DNA of 63,999 nucleotides, counting the filler, from Basidioascus undulatus (taxonomy: Eukaryota), in NCBI GenBank assembly GCA_000826855.1. It is 4 parts of 4 records of this genome, joined end to end, with 100 filler letters (N's around TTAATTAATTAA, not from the genome) between each part and the next. Parts side by side here need not be neighbours in the genome. Positions count along the whole stretch, not along the records: positions 16,317 to 32,561 come from JTLS01000596.1; positions 32,662 to 48,905 come from JTLS01000597.1; 2 more parts are not named here. One strand, written 5' to 3'. The notes under the pieces are model-generated. The model saw only the letters and a list, made by a program, of their open reading frames with translations, was not told the origin of the DNA and made no database searches. The position numbers and the translations under genes are program-made. Below are positions 23,308 to 38,138 of this stretch, piece by piece. Position 1 is the first letter of the stretch. Each line of letters opens with the position of its first letter.

Positions 23308-24210
23308 ATGCCAACGTTCCCACTCCCGCATGAGATCCTCTGCGCCATCGTCGACCACTTCCTGCCCGACCACTGCGCTGATCGCAAGGTGCTCTTGGCG
23401 CTATGCAGGACTTCTCGAATGTTCTAAATTGTAAGCACGCCCACCTTCCAGGGCCGGTCGCAGCTCTGACGAAACTTGGACACGCTTTCACTTCCAGATT
23501 GCGAGACCGCTTCTCTGGCGAGACCTTGGTGGACCGCGCTCGGCGGACCCAGTCGGCTCAGGCTGGGTACCAGAAGAGCTCTGCAGCGAACGCACCGCCT
23601 GCATCGAGCTCGCTGAGGCGTTCACCGTCTCGCCGCACCTGGGCCAGCACGTCCGCCGGCTGCTGCTGCACCACCCCTCTCCCAGCGCTCTCCTAATCAT
23701 CCTCACCGCCTCCCCGCGCATCACGCATCTCTGCCTGACATTCTCGCACAACTCTCGCCTCGACACCGCCGCCGGGCCGGGCTGTCCTCCTACGCTGAGC
23801 CTGACGGCAGACGCCCTCGCAGCGCTGCGTCCCACACACGTCCGCGCAGTCTGGGGCGCTCGCACGTCGGGCGGATCCTCGGAGCCTGGCGCCCGTCCCT
23901 CATTATCTCAGTCTCACAGGGTACACCTTCCTTCTCCAGCTCACGCCGTCGCGTCGCTGCCGCGCCTCACCCACGTGCGGCTGTACCCGCGGCATGAGCC
24001 CTGCAGGAGTACGAGCGTGCGCTGATGCTCCTCTTGCGCTGCGCGCCTGCGCTTGAGCTCGTTCAGATCCTCGAGCCGTTTCCGGACATCGACTCGGGGA
24101 TGAGAGGGAAGAGGCAGTGGGTGCCGGACGAGGCGTGGCTTGTATTGAAGGACCCGAAGAGAGTTTGCCGGCTCGTCCAGACCGAGTGGGAGGATCGCAT
24201 GTGGCCCTGA
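23308..24210 (+). pseudogene. F-box-like gene with a premature stop and frameshifts
   Basis: MPTFPLPHEILCAIVDHFL...VLLALCRTSRMF*; later pieces RHLGQHVRRLLL...SPRITHLCL and LLLRCAPALELVQI lie in different frames. Confidence 0.6.
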
Positions 24211-24305
24211 AACTGTACTTGGATCTTGCTTGTGTTTGTTGAGCGCTTCGCCTGAGATTGAGCTCCCCCAGATGGACAATGCACCACGTCGGAAACATAA
24301 CCGAA

Positions 24306-26186
24306 TCAATGCTTGCTGCTCTTTCCGCCTTTCCCCTTCCCAGCCTTGCCTGCCGACTTTCCACCCGCGGGTTCCGGTGCATCCAAAAACCCACCCAGTT
24401 CCAGCGCATCTCGCGCAGCCTGCGAGATAAAGGAAAGGGCAGTCAGAGCGCGCGGGATCGATGGTCGGTCGCTGCGCACCTGATTGATGAGCTTGAACCG
24501 GTCCGGACCGAGATGTATCCCGCCATACTGAAGCAGAAACCGTTAAATGCGTAATGTATACGATATCTCCAGCGAGGCCACTCACCCATCGGGTCACGAC
24601 CACGAGCACGTCTGTTCATGGCCGCGGGCCCACCGCCGTCAGCACTGAGTCAAGTAGGAAACATAGCAAACTGGAAAACTTGCTTGTGATGTCCTATTGA
24701 GTCAAAAATTTGTGGTGAGCGTGATTGTCTCCAGGCAGAGAGCGGGTTTCGCACCAATATTTGCAGCAGGTGTGCTAATCGTCCACCGGCGGCGTTCTCG
24801 CCGTCGTCGTCGTTGTCTGTATCGCGCATTATGAACATGAGCATCGACTCTAGGCAGAAGGTAGCATGGATGCAGTGTACCTTGGTGGACGACACCGTTG
24901 GCACCATCGCATCTCCATGCATCTTTGTCACGCCATCAAACGCGAGTAAGCAGGTCGAACGCCTTGCCTCTGAACCAACACGCAGAAGTCGCTTACTTAT
25001 GATTGGGTGTGTGGCCTTGGCAATTTTCTGCTTGCGAGAAGAGCGGGCGCAAGGAGAGCAGGAGATTTATGAGCGCAGGATACGGTACAGAAAACAGACT
25101 GCGAGCTGCAACGGACCCGATCGGACAAGAGGTAGTTGAGAACGAGGGGAACCTTCGGAGCGCAGCGGACAGGCAGGTGCGTGAGCTATGCGACGTGGAG
25201 GGCAGATGGGAGGAGCGGGGAACCTCGCCAGGGCTGGTGAGCTTGACGGCGTGACCGACTGCGCGGCACCCGACGACTTGTCAGCCCCATTGACCGCTAA
25301 TGTGAGCGAGACCGAGAGACAATACGCACCAAAAGTCGACTTGTTGAATATTATGGGCGGTGTAGACGTGATAATCAGCCCGTCGGGCAACTCCGCCGGC
25401 GACGAAGGTTCCTCCTGTCTTCGTGCCGGGGGCGCAGCCGCCTCCGCCTCCTCCGCTGCGACCTTCGTGACCGCGGCATGCTCCTCCACCCTCACTCTGT
25501 ACTCCTCCTCCCTCATCATCTCCCCAGCGAGCTCCTCGCTCTTCCTTTCCCCAAACCACCGCCCGCACCGCTCGCGGACGTTCTCGACCCCGTCATACAC
25601 GGCGACGTCGCCCGGCGTCCACTCCACGCCGTCCGTGGAGGAGATGTAAATGCGCAGGACCGCCCCAAAGAGGGCGCTGTCTACGCCGTGAGGGCCGATG
25701 TAGCGCGAGAGGAGCTGCAGTTGTGGGGGAGATGAGTCGGGGTAGGTCGGGGGGAGGGTGACGAGGAGGTGGAGGGGGACGTCGGGGTAGGGCTCGGGGA
25801 GTCTTTGGAGAGGGAAGAGCAGTTGGGAGAAGGTGTTCCGAGGTGATTGTGAGACGGAAGGGGAAGAAGATGGTTCAGCCCAGACGCGAGTGCCCGGCAT
25901 CACAACCGGGAGGAAGCACGCACGTCGTCTGCACATCTATCCGCAGCTTCTCCCCCGGTGTCCAGCGCGGCCTTTCCTTCTCTTCCAGCGCAGAAGCAGC
26001 CCCTTTCCTATCCAGCGCATCTCCGTCAAGCGATGACGGCGCCGAGTGAGACGGGTAAAACAGCCCGATGGTGCCCTCCCCATAAATCGCTTCGAGCGCC
26101 TCGAGCTCCATCGCGACCGCATCGAACTCGTTGACCGTCAAGCTTTGGAGAAGCTCAGCGAGCCCGTCTTCGTCCGCAGAAGACAT
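24306..26186 (-). CDS. YIH1: IMPACT/Yih1 protein (RWD domain + UPF0029 ancient domain)
   Basis: ELEALEAIYG and LPPTYPDSSPP (RWD); KSTFVGHA, KIAKATHP, DNDDDGENAAGGRLAHLL, VLVVVTRWYGGIHLGPDRFKLIN. Confidence 0.9.
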
Positions 26187-26333
26187 GGCGCGAGGTCTGA
26201 GGCTGGGACGAGGTGGAATAGCTGAAAGGAAGACGGAGCTGGGAGAAAATCAAGGAGGAAGCACGCGCCTGGCTCGCCCGTTCGGCACGGCCCGTCTTCG
26301 CTCCATCATGATCGATCGCTCTTTGCTCTCTCG

Positions 26334-27131
26334 ATGCGTCGCGAGCTGCTGACCCTTCGCAACGCCGCAAAGGCAGCTTCTGAAACCCTTCGGATAGTTT
26401 CGACCCCTGATCCCATCGTCGACCGGGGATCTCGCTTCATGGGCCATGCTTGTCGACTGACCCGCCCTGATGATGTTCGTCTGTCGCCCACTGCGCTCAA
26501 CTTCTCGTATCTTCTCACATCATTTCGCTCTGGGTTCAGGCAAGTGCAGCACTTGCACAGTTGCTGAACGACCGAGTAATACACAATGTGTCGCATACCC
26601 AGATGAATGCTTACTGCAGCCGTGTTCCCAGAAAATCGCCAAAGCGTCGCATCCGCTCATACTTGCATGGCGATGTCACGACGACGAAGGGAAGCTGCAG
26701 CAAGGCAAGCAAAGACCTTTAGCGCCCTTGCCTATCACCGTGAAACCTATCTGACGCAGACTAGGCAAGGACGACTGCGGTGAGGCCGCGGCGGGTGGGC
26801 AGCTCGCGCACCTCTTGGAGAGTTCTGGCATTGAAAGCAAGTCGACGCTCCATGTCTCTGGAAGATGAAGCTGATTTACTCTCACGTGTTTTTTCAGATG
26901 GGATAGTGGCGGTCACGCGCTGGGTAGCTCTACCGGCTCTACCGAGCTCACTTGGTCCTCATGCTGAATCAGAATGAGCAGTACGGCGGCGTCCCCATCG
27001 GCTCTGCTCGCTTCCGGCATATTACGTCCTGTGCGAAAGAGGCGCTCGAATTGGCAGGAATGCTTCCTCGAGGAGAAGAAAAGAAGGAGGGGGAGGCTGT
27101 AGTGAAGAGTCGGAAGCGAAGGAAGCGATAA
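26334..27131 (+). CDS. IMPACT-family paralog lacking the RWD domain
   Basis: DPIVDRGSRFMGHAC, KIAKASHPLILAWRC, KDDCGEAAAGGQLAHLL, GIVAVTRWYGGVPIGSARFRHITSCAKEALELAG; six exons splice into an intact frame. Confidence 0.85.
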
Positions 27132-27232
27132 ATTCGGTCACTGCATCGCATGGGCGGAAGGTCGTGTGCAAAGAGTAGCCATTCTGAAGAGTCCATTATT
27201 TCGTACAAGAAGTATCCAAGCCCTATCGACAA

Positions 27233-28074
27233 CTATGCCAGCTTCTCCTCGAGGACGTCGTCCGTTAAACCCTCCGCGCCGTCGCGCACCTCGATCACCT
27301 GCGAGGGAGTATAGCAGTGAGCGCGAGCGCCAAAGCAAGATGGTATAAAAGAACGCACTTTGCTGACATCCGCCTGGGGCCGGTAAAGTATGGTCAACAG
27401 GCTGATCAGCTGGACCTAGCGTCCACGTACCGTGTTCTGGAACAATGACAGCGCGCTGTCCGAGAAGGAGTCAGTGCACGGCCGCAGAGTCGAGTGGGGC
27501 AACAAGGAACGCGCTCACCTGGCATGCAGCGTCGACATCTCCGGCGAGGAGCTCGTCGGCATCCAGTTGATCAAGACGAGGGGGACGCTCTGCCTGCCGT
27601 CCTTGTGCTTGATCGGGTAGGACAGGACGACATAGCGAGGGGCGTTCTCAGGGAGCTCTGTGGGTGTTCGGTCAACTCTGCGCCGTTGAATACAGCGCAA
27701 TGTGCGACAAGGCCCACCCTCAGCGAGCTCCTCGACCGAAACACCGTCATACAGCTCGTCCTCCTCGAGGATGAGCTGTGCGTCCAGTCGATTAGCGTGC
27801 GTGATGTGAATCATGGCCGGGAGATGGAAGTCAGCAGACCTTCTGCTTGTTGATCTGGGTGGAACCCCAGCTAAGCGTGTCGCAGAAGGGCAATTGAGAG
27901 CGCATGAAGAGGCGCACCTTGATGACGAGCGCCGCAATCCCATCCCACCGTTTGAAGCGGAACTGCTTCAGCGTGTCCTTGATCTCAACGGGAATGTCGA
28001 TCTACAAGGGCACTTCGATGAGCATTTACTCGTTCTGAGAGTACACGATGATGGTGGCGAACAGTGGAAGTCAT
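27233..28074 (-). CDS. AIM7: Glia maturation factor (ADF-H domain, Arp2/3 regulator)
   Basis: MTST|IDIPVEIKDTLKQFRF...ALVIK|INKQK...EELAE|ELPENAPRYVVLSYPIKHKDGRQSVPLVLINWMP...VIEVRDGAEGLTDDVLEEKLA*. Confidence 0.9.
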
Positions 28075-28225
28075 TGTCAGTTTGTGCGTTTGTGCGAGGG
28101 CGATAGCGAGCTCTTGAGCGGAGGGATCCAAGGGGCAGGCGCGCCAGCGACGCGTCTTGACCGCGCTCGTCATCCTCGCCTGAGCGCTGCGCTTCGTCCC
28201 CCCTGCCCTCGCCTCCGCCGACAAA

Positions 28226-28762
28226 ATGTCCAACACTGTCTTCTCACTGTGGATCCTGAACAAAGCCGGTGGACTGATGTACAATCGCACTTTCTCCGGT
28301 CCGTTCATGCCCGTTCTTGCGAACCCTCCCGACGCTGATGTGGGGTCCTGCCTGCGTAGAGGGTCTCGCGCAGCTCACGTCCAACGAGCAGCTCGTCCTT
28401 GCCGGAACACTGCACGGCATCCACGCCATCACGGCGCGGATCAGCCCCGTCCCGCGCTCGTCCGGGCTCGAGGTCATCGAAGCCGAGAGCTTCAAGATGA
28501 CTGTCTTCCTCACCGCGACCGGTCCGTCCCTCTCCCTGCGGCCCCCATCCTCGCATGCCTGACACGGCGGCACATCGGATCAGGCAATAAATTCGTCCTC
28601 ATCACCACCCCCTCGCACCCCTCCGCCGAGCTCCTCCTCCAGCGCGCGTACGAGGCGTACGCGGACACCGTCATGAAGAACCCGTTCCACACGCCTGAGA
28701 TGCCCATCCGCAGCGAAGGGTTCGACCTCCGCATCGCGCAGGTCATGCACCCCCCGAAGTGA
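28226..28762 (+). CDS. TRS23: TRAPP complex subunit Trs23 (sybindin family)
   Basis: FSLWILNKAGGLMY, LTSNEQLVLAGTLHGIHAI, KFVLIT, YEAYADTVMKNPFHTPEMPIRSEGFD. Confidence 0.93.
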   Translation: MSNTVFSLWILNKAGGLMYNRTFSGPFMPVLANPPDADVGSCLRRGSRAAHVQRAARPCRNTARHPRHHGADQPRPALVRARGHRSRELQDDCLPHRDRSVPLPAAPILACLTRRHIGSGNKFVLITTPSHPSAELLLQRAYEAYADTVMKNPFHTPEMPIRSEGFDLRIAQVMHPPK

Positions 28763-29420
28763 GCGTCGCGCGCTGGGTGGTTCCCGTAATGTCCAGGCGG
28801 CGGAAGAGGCCCGAGCGCGACGCGGCGGGATCGCGAAGCGAGCAGGGCCAGCGCTCCCGCGGCTCTGTGGGCGTGGGTGATGCCTGGTTACATAGCGGTG
28901 TAGGTGGAGCTTGTGTCGTGGGCTATGGGTTGGACGGGCATGGACAGGCGGGTTGGAGGGCATCTGGTCGACGCGCACACGACGTTGCACCCATCCCTTC
29001 AGCGGGGTGCGTTTGGACGTCCTCTGCGCCCGCATTGCATCACTTTGCTTGACTTTAGCGGGGAATTTGCTGGCGAGGAGTACACTTAGGTACCGGTCTG
29101 GCGTGAGGAAAGAACGGGAGATGTGCGCGTGCCTTCCTCAATACTGCCCGTAGCCAAGTACTACTTCCGCTCTCCGACCACGGCATGTAAATGAGCATCA
29201 TGTTCGCATGCATGTTATAATAGCCTTGAGCTTGATGAGACTCTGAGCGTTTGCAGACCTTACAGGCAGGCGTCATTGCGGTTGCCTCGCTATGTGAAGA
29301 TTCAGATGTTTAATGTCATTCAATTCAGGTCGATGCGATGCGTGAACACAACAGGGGAAATGGAAGGGAAAGAGAGATGCCACGGAAGTAAGGACCAGAG
29401 GAAAGGAAAGAGGGGGCAAG

Positions 29421-31619
<2,199 letters not shown>

Positions 31620-32027
31620 TGTAGAAAGACGGCGATGGGGCAGGGGAAGAAGGAGGGGAAGTGAGGGACGTGGCAAGGATGCAGGGGATGGTCGTGGTCA
31701 GAGGGTAAGAGAGCTGCAGAGCGTCGTGCGGGTTAAGAGGGAAGAAGAGACTTTCATCAGGGGCGGTTGGGGGCTGGCCCGGCTGGGACTGGTTCTCACA
31801 GGCTGAGGCTCAAGGCTAACGTCGGCAACGAGTGGGCGGTGCGGGACGACGAGCACGAAGCAGCAGCCGAACCGATACGAGGCGAGCTCGGCGCGGTTAC
31901 CGCAAGTTACCGCACACGATAAGCGAGGATTCCCACGACCTTTGCCGCTGTCCCCTCCCTTCTCCTTCGACCCTCATCACCTCCACATTCAAAATTCAAA
32001 TATCCACCCGGCTTGCATGCAACGACA

Positions 32028-32351
32028 ATGACCGAGCATCCATCGCTGTCGTCGTTGCAGCTATTTGCTTTCATCGTATTCCTCGTCATGTCCGTGCTCA
32101 CCATCCCTCAACTCGCTGTCAACCGCTCTGACCATCTCCCCTTCTTTTCTTCGATCGATCGTGGCTCGCTCAACCCCATCAGCCTCGCTTTTCTCGCATT
32201 CCTCTTCCTCTCCTCGTGTCTCGGCGTATCAATTCGAGAGATGTTGACCACGCCGAGTCAGCCCGGTCGAGGCGCCTACGCGACGCGAAGAGGCGTCGGC
32301 GGACGATACGACTTGGTGGAGGAGCTCGAGATGGAGAGGTGGGGGCGGTGA
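32028..32351 (+). CDS. Small hypothetical two-TM membrane protein
   Basis: Single ORF with two hydrophobic stretches, LFAFIVFLVMSVLTI and ISLAFLAFLFLSSCLGV. Confidence 0.5.
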   Translation: MTEHPSLSSLQLFAFIVFLVMSVLTIPQLAVNRSDHLPFFSSIDRGSLNPISLAFLAFLFLSSCLGVSIREMLTTPSQPGRGAYATRRGVGGRYDLVEELEMERWGR

Positions 32352-32561
32352 TGCGAGCGGGGAGGAGGACGCCGCATGGAGTTAATTGCTGGTGATTATA
32401 CCATCTCTCGGACCTTGAAATGGCTCTGGTGATCGTACGAAGGAGGTCGCAACGGATGAGGTGCCATGGTGACCCTGGAGACGGCACAAGACGTAAAGAG
32501 GGCAGCTGCTAGGGTGTGTGTGGGTGTGGAGGGGGTGGAGGGGGCGCTGTGAGGTAGAATG

Positions 32562-32661
32562 NNNNNNNNNNNNNNNNNNNNNNNNNNNNNNNNNNNNNNN
32601 NNNNNTTAATTAATTAANNNNNNNNNNNNNNNNNNNNNNNNNNNNNNNNNNNNNNNNNNNN
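32562..32661. other. Artificial contig linker
   Basis: N44-TTAATTAATTAA-N44. Confidence 0.98.
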
Positions 32662-34405
32662 GTTCGGGTTCCGACGATTGCGCGGGGGGAGGTGCGGTTG
32701 AGGAGGTTGCGAGTGGGGGTTGAGACGCAAGCTCGGAGGCAGGGGCGGGCGAGGGCGAGACGGTCACGGGCAGCTCTGGTGCAAAGGGCGCGGGGTCGTC
32801 GGTTTGGGAGACTACGTTGGAGGCGGGATCTGCACGGCGAACATTAGGCGCAAATGCCGAGAGGGAGGGGCGGGGGTAGAGGGGGTGAATAGAAAGAGGA
32901 ACGTACGTTCAGCCTCAAGCTGCGGGTCGATCACGCGCTCGCCGAGCTCTTCGGACGGCTCTGTTCCCCGCAGAAATGAGTGAGGATGACTTCTTATCGG
33001 CAACGCAGGAGAAGGTGGAGCAGCGTACCTTGCACCTGCGGCTGCACAGGGAAGCCAAAGATGTCGAACGACTGGGCCGGGGCAGCGGCGGGCGAAGCCT
33101 GGGGCTGAGGGAAGGCATCGAGGGGGAATGCGAAGTTGTGTGTGCCATCGAAGACTGCTCGAGGCCGGCTCCCACATCAACCCCAATTCCTCCGCAAGGA
33201 GAGGGAGGATCAGGGAAGAGGAAAGGGACGCACCAGCCGGCGAAGACGATTCGAGCTCGTCCTCCTCCTCAGCGGCAGCCGCCCACGGAAGCGCCCGCTC
33301 CTCAACGCCCTCCATAGCACTCACTCCCCCCTGGGCGTCCGCCTCCCCGTCGTCGGACGGCTCAGGCAAGTCGCGCAGCGGATGCGGGTGCGGCGACGAA
33401 GGTTCCAACTCGTCGCCCTCCACTTCCTCCTCCGCCTCCTCCTCGTCCGAGTGCGGCGGGTGCACGCGCTCCTCCGCGTCCCACACCGCGCGCGTATCGT
33501 CGTCCACGGGCTCCTTCTCCTCATCCTCTTCTTCCTCTTCGTCATCCCCTTCCTCGGAGCGCTCGGAGCCCGAGAAGAGCTCATCCGACCCGGACTCGAT
33601 GGACTCGATCTCGCCCATGACCTCCGCGACGGCCGTGTCCTCTTCCTCTTCTTCCTCTTCTTCCTCTTCTTCGTCTTCTTCGTCTTCTTCGGAGGAGGTG
33701 TCGCCGAGGCTGACGACGTCGTAGGTGCGTTTCACTGGTTGGGGAGACGGAGCGCGAACGGGCGAGGAAGACGGCTGGACGGCTCTCTCGTCTAGCTCGT
33801 CCTCGTCCTCGTCCTCCTCTTCCACTGTTCCCGCGTGCACTTCCACAACGTCAGCATAACCCACCGTGACTTCCAGAAATACTGAACCCACCTCCATCTT
33901 GCCTCTCAATCCGCTCCCCCTTCTGCTCCTCCCTCGGATCCCACTCTCCCTCCCAGCCATCCTCAAACTCCTCCTCCGCGAGCCCCTCGCTCTCTTGCTC
34001 CTCCTCCAGATCCCCATCCTCCCTACTCTCATCAAACGCCTCCCTCTCCTGTGCGCGCTCCTCAGCGGGGAAGACGAGCTCGTCCTCCTCCTCCTCGGGG
34101 GGCGGGACGAGCTCCTCGCCGAGCCTGGCCGCGTCGGCGTCCGCGTCCTGCCGCACCTGAGGTGTGGGCGAGCCGGGCGTGTATATGGGAATCGGCGGCT
34201 TCGCGTGGTGGATCTTGTGCGTTTGTTGGTGCGAGGGGGAAGGGGCGGCCGCAGCGGAGGAAGGGTCGAGCGCCGAACGGATGCGGGACGTGAGCGACGA
34301 GGTCCACGCGTCCAGCTCGTCCTCGGGCAACGCGTCGTACGGCGAAATCAGCGGCGGGCGCAGGTGCCGTGGTATGCGCGGCGCAGAAGATTTTGGGGTC
34401 GCCAT
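32662..34405 (-). CDS. Acidic (poly-Glu) disordered hypothetical protein, cut at the contig end
   Basis: MATPKSSAPRIPRHLRPPLISPYDALPEDELDAWTSSLTSRIRSAL followed by long E/D-rich exons. Confidence 0.7.
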
Positions 34406-34952
34406 GGCCAATGGCGAGCACGAGCAAGGGAACGGCGTGGAAGGGGAGGGAGATGGCGGTGGGACGCGACTGCCAAGTTGCGCCTGGAAAGTGACGACAC
34501 GCTAGGAGGCTCGCCGCAGCGGCTGGGGACTGGCGGTCGCTTTCAATGTCGAACTGCCTTCATTTAAAAGCATAAAACAAGTCAATAATACGCCTGAATG
34601 TCTCTTTCTATACCGTTGTCGACAAAGGGCGAAAGAACGAGGGGAGTAAACAGTCACCGGTTGTTTGGCAACTGCCTACTCGCTTTCATCGACTGCATAA
34701 AACGCTCTCTCGCCCAGCAATCTCCAGATTAGGCTCATTCATACGCTATTTTACTTTGATATACCCTGATTAGGCTGTCCCGTTTTGAAGCATCCAAGCC
34801 AAAATTGCTCAGTTGGCGTGCGAAGTCCGGTCTGCCGCACATTGAGCCCGTGCTGATGCCCCGACGTGGTCGCCTCAGCTGGTGCAATGGACCACTCATA
34901 AAAGCAACACAAGTAAAAGTAACCCCACCAAAGCGAAGGGGCAAAACAATGG

Positions 34953-35452
34953 ATGAGCAGTTCCATTTCCAGCCGTCCTGCAAACGACGCGCTTTCAGCC
35001 TCGACGCTCACCCCCGCCCAGGTCTCCACCATCCCAATGCCGACCCATAGCAAGGTCAATAATCCTCCTCCTCTCATCCAGCCACAGTCAAAGCTGAGTG
35101 CACTCACAGGTCACCTCCCTCGCCTCCTTCCCCGGCTGGGGCGGCGAGAAGCACGTCGCGTTTGTGTCCGAAACGGCCTCCGAATATTTCACGATGGGGA
35201 AGGGCTTTACCGAGGTATGTTCTCTTTCCCCTCTCCCCACTTCTGCCCAGGGCGAGAACAGAGACTTAAGTACTTCTGAAGGTAATCACCCCCGACGTCG
35301 CGGCGCGCACGGCGGAGAAGCGGGCGATGCACGGCCTCGTCTCGGGGCTACAGGAGAACGAGGGGATCGTCCAGCTCCGGCTGAACTTTACGAGCGGGCA
35401 GGGGCACGTGCTGTGCAATGCGACAGGGGAGAAGGTGGAGCTGCAGAGGTGA
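34953..35452 (+). CDS. Small hypothetical protein, three or more exons
   Basis: Phase-consistent exons 34953-35054, 35110-35214, 35282-35452: ...FPGWGGEKHVAFVSE...|VITPDVAAR...GHVLCNATGEKVELQR. The 3' end is uncertain. Confidence 0.5.
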
Positions 35453-36450
35453 GCAGCGGGGGAGGGGACGTGAAGGTCGAGGGCTACGGTTGATTTGAGG
35501 TCCGGTAATGGGAGGATGGAGAGTGCGATGTGGGTTTTGACTGAACGCGCTAGGTTCTTGAGGATCCAACATCCTGGTGAGGGAACACGTACTGTACTCT
35601 GCTGAAGGCACGCTCAGCGAAGAAGCGATCCCACGCCTGGACCTTGATCATCAACTGGCGGCCGCGACGGGACTGCAGTCATGGGCTTCTGCTTCATGTT
35701 TAGACAGCACCTCCCTCTGATCCCTTTTTTTTACGTCAGTAGTTACCTGACTTGGGGGGCCGCTCGTCAGGCGCTCCTGCATCTTTTTCGACTACTCCCA
35801 GTGCCGTCGGTGCGGAAGACACTCGTAAAACTGCAGCTGGCGGACGGCTTGGGAGTTACTAGTACTGAATGGTGAATGCGTATCCTGCTATCTGATGGAA
35901 ATAACTCGAATTTGTACCCAGGAACATGCACGTCGCGGATGCTACCTAAGACTGAGGGGAGCTCAAGCAACCAGCGGCCTCGCTCTCTGCGCGGGCGTCG
36001 GCGTCTGTTTCAACTCTTGTTTGAGACACCTCAGACAGGTTTTTAGGCCTTAGGAAAGATAATGTTATTTGTGAAAGGTGCCCGTGAACTACCAGGCTCA
36101 CCGACTGCAAGATGTACGCGCGCGCAAGCGCACTGACTGACACACAGCAGTGCAATGTAAGTTGCGGCGCATGCCCTGAGCCCCGCCATTGTGACGGGGA
36201 AACTTTGGGGTATACCCACCTACCGTATAGCACATGGACTCTTATGAACAGACACAATTTGAACCGGCGTGCTCAAAGCGACGCATCGTATACCGCACAG
36301 GTTCGGACGCGGGTACATATCGTCAGGAGCAGAAAGATACACAACAGCTCTTCGAAGACGTCATGTGAATAAATAATGTACGTGCGGTCCGTCGAGCGCC
36401 GGCGCCGATCCTCAAAGTGCTTACAGTCGAGTGCTCCTACCGCCCGAGCT

Positions 36451-38138
36451 CTATACGTGTTCCTCTTCCCACCCCGCATCCGCTCGCCCCCGCTCCTCCT
36501 CCCTTGCCCGCCCCGCCCTCCTCGGCAAGTTTTCATACCTCGGGGGCAGCTCGACCCTCCCCCCCTCCTGCGCCTCCTCCTCCTCGTCCAGCCCGAGTAC
36601 CTCCCCCGCATCATTATGCACCACAAGCTGCGTCGGCATGCTGCCCGCACTCGCAAGCCTGCGGTGCCCCGCACCGGCATACGCCTCGAGCGCCTTGCTG
36701 TTCGGGCACGCCGCCGCGCCTGACTCGCTGGGGGTAGGGCGCAAGAAGTACGGGTCGACCTGCGACGCCTCGGGCGGGGGCGGCACGCCGTCGTCGATCG
36801 AGGAGTCGTCGTCTACGAGGGAGATCGCCGGGCGCGCGGACGCCATGGTCGAGGGCGAGTGCAGGTGGTGCACGTTGGCAGCGGCGCGCACGCGACGGCG
36901 CCGGCGCAGGAGGAAGAAAAGGAGCGCGAGGATAAGGAGCAGCCCGAGGACGCCCCCCACTACACCGCCGATGATCGCGCCTTCATGGTCGCCGCTGAGT
37001 TGAAGCTGTTTCAGCGTTTCAAGATGTTTGAGTGGAGTAGGAAAAACTCGGAACGCACGAGCCGGAGGACGACGGCTTGTCAGCGTCCCGCAAGGGGTTC
37101 GAGATGCACTCTGCGCCGGCGTCGGACGACCCGACTGTGAGGAGGTCGGATGTCCATCCGAGCTTTGGGTCTGAGGAGGTGGACGATTCGGACGAGGTAA
37201 GGATGAGGAGGAACTCGGTGTTAACGGGCAGGGCGACTGTAAGCAAAGTAAGAGTGAGCGTGAAGTAGAGTGTGAGCGGTAATAGAGTTTGGCGGCCATA
37301 CCTGGCCAGTCTGAGGTTGGGACGACGGAGGTCAGGGGTTATTGGAGACGGTGGGATTGAAGAAGAGACTGCGCGGGCGCACTGAAGGTGCGCTCGTCGG
37401 AGAGCGACGGGACGTGAACCGAGTACGACACGCCAAAGACGGGAAGTACAACCATGTTCCACGATCCAATGCCAGACTGCAAAGCGCACGCTCTGGAATT
37501 TAGCCCCGTCCTCATCATCCCACCTGCGAGATGTGAACTCACGTTTTCCGGAAGCTGTACAGTGAGCGGGACGCATTGCCTGGGCGTTTCGTCCAGCGAG
37601 AACCGCAAGGGCCCAACAGCCTGCTCGACCGAGTCGTTCCGAATGCAGTCCAACCCCTCCTCTCCTTCCGGCTCCACAGTCAACACCTCCGATGCACCGC
37701 CTGAGCCGATGCCCAGCCTTCCTCACAGCATCCCGATACCCAGCGCATCAGCCTTCACTGCCCCATCAACTCCTCTCAGGCGGAACGATGTTGACTCACG
37801 CGTCCCCCATGGCCGCGACGAACCGCGTGCCCTCCCCACCGACATCGACCATGTACGGGTACTCCCATCGGAAGGTAGACTCGTTGAAGGACGAGGGCGG
37901 GATGGTGTACCGCGTCGCTGCAGCCGAGAGGCGGGCGACCCAGAGCTGGAACGGGGCGGAGCCGCCCGTCCAGGTCACGGAGACGGTTTGGCAAGGACCT
38001 GACGGAGGGGGGGTCAGTTGTGGGATGGGAGGGGAGGAGCTCGAGTGGGTGTTCCGGATGCGGACGGGGTTCGAGGGGGTCGAATATAAAGTCGAATGCG
38101 CTGACGAGCGGGAGAGCGAGGGCGAACGACCAGAGCAT
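36451..38138 (-). CDS. Single-pass type I cell-surface membrane protein (Mid2/Wsc-like topology)
   Basis: Signal peptide MLWSFALALPLVSA; Cys-containing ectodomain (CQTVSVTWTGGSAPF); TM GAIIGGVVGGVLGLLLILALLFFLL-RRRRR; C-terminal LPPRY motif. Confidence 0.8.

Noticed and set aside
27233..28762. GMF and TRS23 divergent pair as a functional cluster
   Set aside because: Ordinary compact bidirectional arrangement of unrelated housekeeping genes.
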